Positions 59,378-64,000 of a stretch of DNA of 64,000 nucleotides are shown one piece after another. The DNA is from Promethearchaeota archaeon (GTDB lineage Archaea; Asgardarchaeota; Hermodarchaeia; Hermodarchaeales; Hermodarchaeaceae). The notes under the pieces were generated by a model. It made no database searches and was not told the origin of the DNA. It worked only from the letters and a program-made list of their open reading frames with translations. The DNA is taken from positions 1 through 64,000 of the forward strand of contig JBHLMG010000013.1 in assembly GCA_048938385.1 (NCBI GenBank), written 5' to 3'. The translations under genes and the position numbers were made by a program. Numbering within the stretch: the first letter of the stretch is position 1; each line of letters begins with the position of its first letter.

Positions 59378-60010
59378 CTAGCCTTTCTTTGCCAGCTTTC
59401 GTAGAGTATCAATTTGCTTGGTTAATTTTTCAAGGCTTTGTTTCCAGCGCTTAATCTTTTCAACATCTGCTTCTGTTTTTTTCCCGCTTGATGCACTAAA
59501 GTCTGCTATTCGTCGCTCCAATTCTAGCGCTCGGCTACTTAGCCCAGCTATACGCCCATGAACCTCGGGGGTAGGTGACACAATTTCAAGAAGGGTTTTG
59601 ACGGTTACTCGAATTTCTTCAATGACAGTGGCTAGTTGTGTAATAGTTTGACGAACTGATTCTAAGCTTTCACTGACGAGTGTGCTCGACTCTTCAGTTG
59701 GTCCTTTGTACCGAATAAGAAAAAGTCGAATCTTGGAGAGGATGTCAAAGAATAATTGGACAAGTTCCTCTTCATCTCGAAACCAAGCAGACAAGGGATT
59801 CCACTTAGAGACCATCTCATAGAGTGTTTCCATTTGTTGGCTCAGCTCTTGAGCTTCTGGTGTATCTTGAGCAAGAATCACCGCTTTCAATTGAGGGAGG
59901 AGTGAGATTATTTCAGCCTTAGCCTTCACTTCTTGAGGAGTCGCGATGTCGGAGCCCATAAGCTGTCGGTAAAGCTCCTCTAGACGCTGAATACTCTCAG
60001 TCTCACTCAC
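59378..60010 (-). CDS. Hypothetical all-helical / coiled-coil protein
   Basis: 210 aa with heptad pattern; third gene of the polB unit. Confidence 0.7.
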   Translation of the reverse strand: MSETESIQRLEELYRQLMGSDIATPQEVKAKAEIISLLPQLKAVILAQDTPEAQELSQQMETLYEMVSKWNPLSAWFRDEEELVQLFFDILSKIRLFLIRYKGPTEESSTLVSESLESVRQTITQLATVIEEIRVTVKTLLEIVSPTPEVHGRIAGLSSRALELERRIADFSASSGKKTEADVEKIKRWKQSLEKLTKQIDTLRKLAKKG

Positions 60011-60054
60011 TTTGAATCAAACTCCTAACTTTCACATTTAACATAGTTTCATAT

Positions 60055-61074
60055 TTAGCGACCTAATCCGAGTCGAATCTCCCGAAGAGATTGGTAATTA
60101 GCCGGATAGCCTAGCATAGAATACAGTGCACTGATTCCCGCGGTCTCTGCCAAGGTTTTTGCTCGGTTGTATTCTGATTCATCTTCAAGAACCCAGTGAA
60201 TCATCGAAAAGTCGACGCCTAGTTTCTGTAAACCATCAATGAAGTTTAAGTTATCGATATACTCAGAAAATTCCTTGGTCCCTGGATCTGGAAGAATTGG
60301 TGTCCAGGGATTGACCTCGATCCCGAGGTTTTTATCCATCTTCGCTATGGTATCCAAATCAAGGCCAAGGTTGGTCCGAGTGCCTGCGACATACCCGCTC
60401 TCAGGGTCAATGGGAAAGGTTGGGATGACCTTCAGGTTAGGCTTGACTTGCTTTGCTGCAGTCACCAGCTGTTGGACAAACCCTGTCATTTTACTGACTC
60501 GCCATTCAACCCATTGGTTATAAAGCGCGGGATTAGCGGCTGGATCTGCGATTTGGAAGGTGTGGCGAAGGTCAGCATATTCGGTGAATTCCTCACGACA
60601 TTCGGTGCAATAGCAATATTGGGAATGTGGATATCCAAGATTCGAGAGAAACAACGCCTGAATAGGTGATTCAGCGATTTCCTTCACAACAGTAACCATG
60701 TGCTGGATAAATCCTGCCTTATTCGGGCATACTAAAGTATCTAGCGATTCCCCTTCTGTGGTATATGTTCTATATGCCTGATCGGCTGCAAAAAACGCAT
60801 CAGCAAAAACATTCACAAACGCACCCGCACGAATTCCTACGGCTTCTGTGGTATCAATAGCTTCGCTGAAAAAGGTGGGGTTCTTTTCATCAGCGGGGGC
60901 TACTTTACTAGAATAAAAGACGCGCCCTGTGGTATCTTTGGCAACGGCAATGACATATTCTAGATAACCTCCATAACTAGCAAAGAAGTCATCTAAGCTG
61001 GTTTTCAATCCACGAGGATCGACGATGAGTGTGACCCCACGGGTAAGAAGGTCCCTTATCTCCACGGTTTCCAC
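60055..61074 (-). CDS. Glycoside-hydrolase-like TIM-barrel protein
   Basis: AKDTTG..FY.S, LVCPN, CYCTEC and W..WR patterns typical of GHL families. Confidence 0.6.
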   Translation of the reverse strand: METVEIRDLLTRGVTLIVDPRGLKTSLDDFFASYGGYLEYVIAVAKDTTGRVFYSSKVAPADEKNPTFFSEAIDTTEAVGIRAGAFVNVFADAFFAADQAYRTYTTEGESLDTLVCPNKAGFIQHMVTVVKEIAESPIQALFLSNLGYPHSQYCYCTECREEFTEYADLRHTFQIADPAANPALYNQWVEWRVSKMTGFVQQLVTAAKQVKPNLKVIPTFPIDPESGYVAGTRTNLGLDLDTIAKMDKNLGIEVNPWTPILPDPGTKEFSEYIDNLNFIDGLQKLGVDFSMIHWVLEDESEYNRAKTLAETAGISALYSMLGYPANYQSLREIRLGLGR

Positions 61075-61117
61075 CTACTCAGACAGTGGATAGGATGCTG
61101 AATAAACTTGTCGCCGA

Positions 61118-63802
61118 CTAACCGAAAAAGGTATCCAGCGTGCGCATTCCGATAGTATCAAACCATTCAATGCCCAACGCGTCAAGCACTTGTTCAAAAG
61201 TGCTTTTCACTAGCTCTTTGTACTTCGAAGTATCCACATCCTGCACAGTGGTTTGTTCTACCGGTTTGACACCACTGGTGGTTTTCACAAAGGCAATAAT
61301 ATCTCCAGCTTTGACTTCACGCCCCGCTTCCTGTAGTTGTTTTGCGGCTTTCACATGCTGAGGCGTCGTCTTCGTGTACGCATCAAGATTCTTCGTAAGC
61401 TGTACACGAATCGCTAGATCCTCGACAGCAAATTCTCGTCGTTCCAGCATCGAAAGCTTTTCACGTGCCAACCTCAAAATCTGTTCCTTCGCCAGTTCAA
61501 AGCCATCCGGGTCCCGCACCTGCCGGAGAATCTCGATCATCTGCATAAAGGCGTCTTGAAGAAAAGCGGGCGTATTCCGTTTCTTCCCAGTTAACCCCTT
61601 AATGTCCACATATCCATCCTTTGACACTCCCAAGTAGTTCTTCTTCCGACTGGAGAGTGCTACATACCGATACTCCTTCTCCACATCCAGTTCCACGCGC
61701 AATTCCTTCTCGCTATACTCAATGAGCTGCCGAAGCTGCTCCTCTTTTGGATTATCCAAAAACAAGCTATCCGTATCCCCATACAACACTGACACACCCA
61801 GCTCCTCTGCCTTCTTAATCGTCTCCGTAATCGCAAACCGACCCAACGCGGTAATCGACTCCGCAGCAGGTGCGCAATAGAGCGGAAAGTGTGCGGCCCC
61901 AAGCACACCGTAAGCTGCATTCGAAAACACCTTAAGTGCTTGTTCAACGACGCTGAACCAGCTGCGTTGGGCTTCAGGGAGGGTTGGGTCTGTGGCGCGG
62001 GGTTTGAAGTGTTCGACGCGTAGATCGCGGACCAGACCAATGATGAGGCTGGTGAGGCCTTCTCGTCGGGTGCAGACCCAGTGGGGTGTGTCAGGGACAG
62101 TGTTAGCTTTGCATTCGGGGTGGTCGCAGCGGATGGTTTCGTAGCTGAGGTTGTAGGCTTTCATGATGCTAGGGTAAAGGCTAGCAAAATCCATAACCGT
62201 GACATTGAAGTGGACGCCTGCTTTGGGGTCGACAACGATAGCGCCTAGGTATTTTTTGCCTTTGATGATGGCTTCGGTGACGGCTTCACCTTTGAGGGTA
62301 GCGATTTCGTCTTGGCGGGGAATTAGGAAGTTGCGTTGACGGTGGGCGTAGTAGAGGAGGCTGCGGATCCAGTTGGATACGGCAGTGCGGGTGAGGTCGT
62401 GCATGCCTTGATGGGAAAGGCGCATGAGAAGGAGTATTAGGTTCATAACGAGGTTGGAATCGAATTGAGTGAGACGCATGGTAAGGTCGGCGTCTTGCCA
62501 GTTGTATTCGATTAGGAGGTTGAAGGGGAGTTGGGTGATTTCTTCGGGGAGTTCGAGCTTCCCTTCACCTAAGAGCGCTTGGCTGATTGTTTCCAATCTT
62601 ACTTCCTGGTACTGGTTGCGAAACGCATAGATTTGGATAGAGCGATTATGGAAAAACCTGTAAAGATCGATATGCACCCCATAGTCAAGGTCGGCCTCGG
62701 GGTTTCCACGAAATCCTCCACGAAGCCGAATAGGAATATCGCCAATAGGGATATCAAATTTCTTCGCGCGGTTCACAAGGTAGCGGAGGTCGAAGTTATC
62801 GCCATTGAAGGTGAGGAGGACAGGTGTTCGCCAGAGAATGTAAAAAACGCGTTCGAGGAGTTTCTGTTCATCGTCGAAGTATACTACTTTGACTTCTTTA
62901 GGAATCTTGGGTTTTGATCCTTCAGCGATTTTACGACGAAGTAGAAAGACCCGTCCATTACCTGAATCATCAACGATGGCGACAGAGATAACTGGCTGTG
63001 CAGCTTCTTCAGGGTCGGGAATACGATCGATGAATTCTGATTCTACTTCAATATCAAGAGCAAGTCGTGGAATATAGGTGGCTGGTGTAAGAAAGAGGGG
63101 AAGATATTCGTCAACTAATTTCGCTATCTCTGAACCCTTCGTAAAAAGCGCCCGAATTTTAGCTGCGTCTTTAGGAGAAAAATCATGGGGCATTGGAGCT
63201 AAACGCCCGTTCTGCACACGGTAGAGGAGTCCAGGTGTGAGCGCCCGGTCCATGGTATAGCAATGGGTGTACCGGATATCAGCTTCCCAACTGTGTTCTC
63301 GTCCTAGCTTTTCCCGGATGGAATCGGGTCTCCCACCGATAGCTAAGGGATCCTTAGCTACGATCACTCTGTATAACTGGTCACGGTCGAGAAGGAGATT
63401 GTATTTTTTGGTTTCTTCGAGTCTAAGAAATCCGGAGTGCTCCACTACTGCACTGCGTTGAGATAACTCATCATGTGACAAGTCGGTTAAGCAGTAAGGA
63501 TGATGTTCTGTGATATCTTGCCATTCATAGATTTCTCCCTTTTGGGTGTCGTAGAGTTTAAGTTTAGCCACACCTGCGTCACCTTGGTAATTAATATTAA
63601 GTAGAACGCCAGGTGGGCCAGCTGAGGGGGTTCGTGGGTAATCCCTTGGCCGAACCGGTTCCTCGTCTACGTATTCAAGAATTTGAGTCAGTAGCGAGGG
63701 ACGACTGGATTGGTTAGGCTTTGGTCGGGGTTTACCCTTTTGTGGAGCATCTGAAGAAGAGGGCATCCATGACGAGAGATCAGAGGGCACGTGGCATCGC
63801 AT
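61118..63802 (-). CDS. polB: Family B DNA polymerase (PolB1-type)
   Basis: DIE, FNGDNFD, YNWQD, DFASLYPS, K..SNAAYG, YGDTDS; C-terminal PIP-like TLDTFF; possible start at 63766. Confidence 0.97.
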   Translation of the reverse strand: MRCHVPSDLSSWMPSSSDAPQKGKPRPKPNQSSRPSLLTQILEYVDEEPVRPRDYPRTPSAGPPGVLLNINYQGDAGVAKLKLYDTQKGEIYEWQDITEHHPYCLTDLSHDELSQRSAVVEHSGFLRLEETKKYNLLLDRDQLYRVIVAKDPLAIGGRPDSIREKLGREHSWEADIRYTHCYTMDRALTPGLLYRVQNGRLAPMPHDFSPKDAAKIRALFTKGSEIAKLVDEYLPLFLTPATYIPRLALDIEVESEFIDRIPDPEEAAQPVISVAIVDDSGNGRVFLLRRKIAEGSKPKIPKEVKVVYFDDEQKLLERVFYILWRTPVLLTFNGDNFDLRYLVNRAKKFDIPIGDIPIRLRGGFRGNPEADLDYGVHIDLYRFFHNRSIQIYAFRNQYQEVRLETISQALLGEGKLELPEEITQLPFNLLIEYNWQDADLTMRLTQFDSNLVMNLILLLMRLSHQGMHDLTRTAVSNWIRSLLYYAHRQRNFLIPRQDEIATLKGEAVTEAIIKGKKYLGAIVVDPKAGVHFNVTVMDFASLYPSIMKAYNLSYETIRCDHPECKANTVPDTPHWVCTRREGLTSLIIGLVRDLRVEHFKPRATDPTLPEAQRSWFSVVEQALKVFSNAAYGVLGAAHFPLYCAPAAESITALGRFAITETIKKAEELGVSVLYGDTDSLFLDNPKEEQLRQLIEYSEKELRVELDVEKEYRYVALSSRKKNYLGVSKDGYVDIKGLTGKKRNTPAFLQDAFMQMIEILRQVRDPDGFELAKEQILRLAREKLSMLERREFAVEDLAIRVQLTKNLDAYTKTTPQHVKAAKQLQEAGREVKAGDIIAFVKTTSGVKPVEQTTVQDVDTSKYKELVKSTFEQVLDALGIEWFDTIGMRTLDTFFG

Positions 63803-63880
63803 CCAAATCGAATAAAGACCCTTTAGCTTTTTAGGGTTTAGTTCACTGAAAGAACTAATCCTATTGAAGAGGTATGGTCT

Positions 63881-64000
63881 ATGCGTTTTGAGAAATTCCC
63901 CCTTAAGGACCTTGTCGTGGCACGCTTTGAGAAAGGTGAAGATCTTCTAGACGGCATTCGTCAGGTGGCCATTGAATCGCAGGTAACCGCTGGTTTCCTC
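63881..64000 (+). CDS. PPC/DUF296-domain protein (5' part, runs off the window)
   Basis: MRFEKFPLKDLVVARFEKGEDLLDGIRQVAIESQVTAGFL matches the DUF296 N-terminus. Confidence 0.7.
   Translation, partial: MRFEKFPLKDLVVARFEKGEDLLDGIRQVAIESQVTAGFL

Noticed and set aside
61118-63802. Intein or inactivated polymerase
   Set aside because: Normal length with all exonuclease and polymerase motifs contiguous and intact
1-64000. CRISPR array, transposase/integrase, selenoprotein read-through
   Set aside because: No regularly spaced repeats, no mobile-element motifs, and no ORF that appears truncated at a TGA in a Cys-equivalent position

Overview
Gene-dense archaeal chromosomal segment, probably from an Asgard-type archaeon. 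This is inferred from a eukaryote-like RING-Ub-E2-E1 cassette, a Yip1-domain gene, archaeal LeuRS, a PolB1-type polymerase with a C-terminal PIP box, and a nurA-herA-mre11-rad50 operon. The first ~14 kb is accessory and cell-surface in character: an anchored nucleoside hydrolase, a secreted protein with putative thioester and LruC-like domains, a split CWH43-like membrane/EEP pair, and HEPN-like and HD proteins. The middle holds peptidases, transporters, radical SAM enzymes, a ThDP/acyl-CoA cluster and two P-loop-less RecA/KaiC paralogues. The right third holds DNA-break repair genes, the ubiquitin cassette, leuS, a NikR-family-controlled metal ABC importer and polB. The main oddities are: (1) a Rad50 whose zinc hook is replaced by a transmembrane hairpin; (2) a JAB-less ubiquitin cassette whose modifier ends directly in GG and lacks the canonical chain lysines; (3) the CWH43-like pair; (4) a candidate Cys-Gln thioester adhesin; (5) abrupt C-rich to G-rich strand-skew flips, one in the middle of polB. 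I recognised no rRNA, tRNA, CRISPR array or transposase. All family assignments are by motif recognition; no database search was run.
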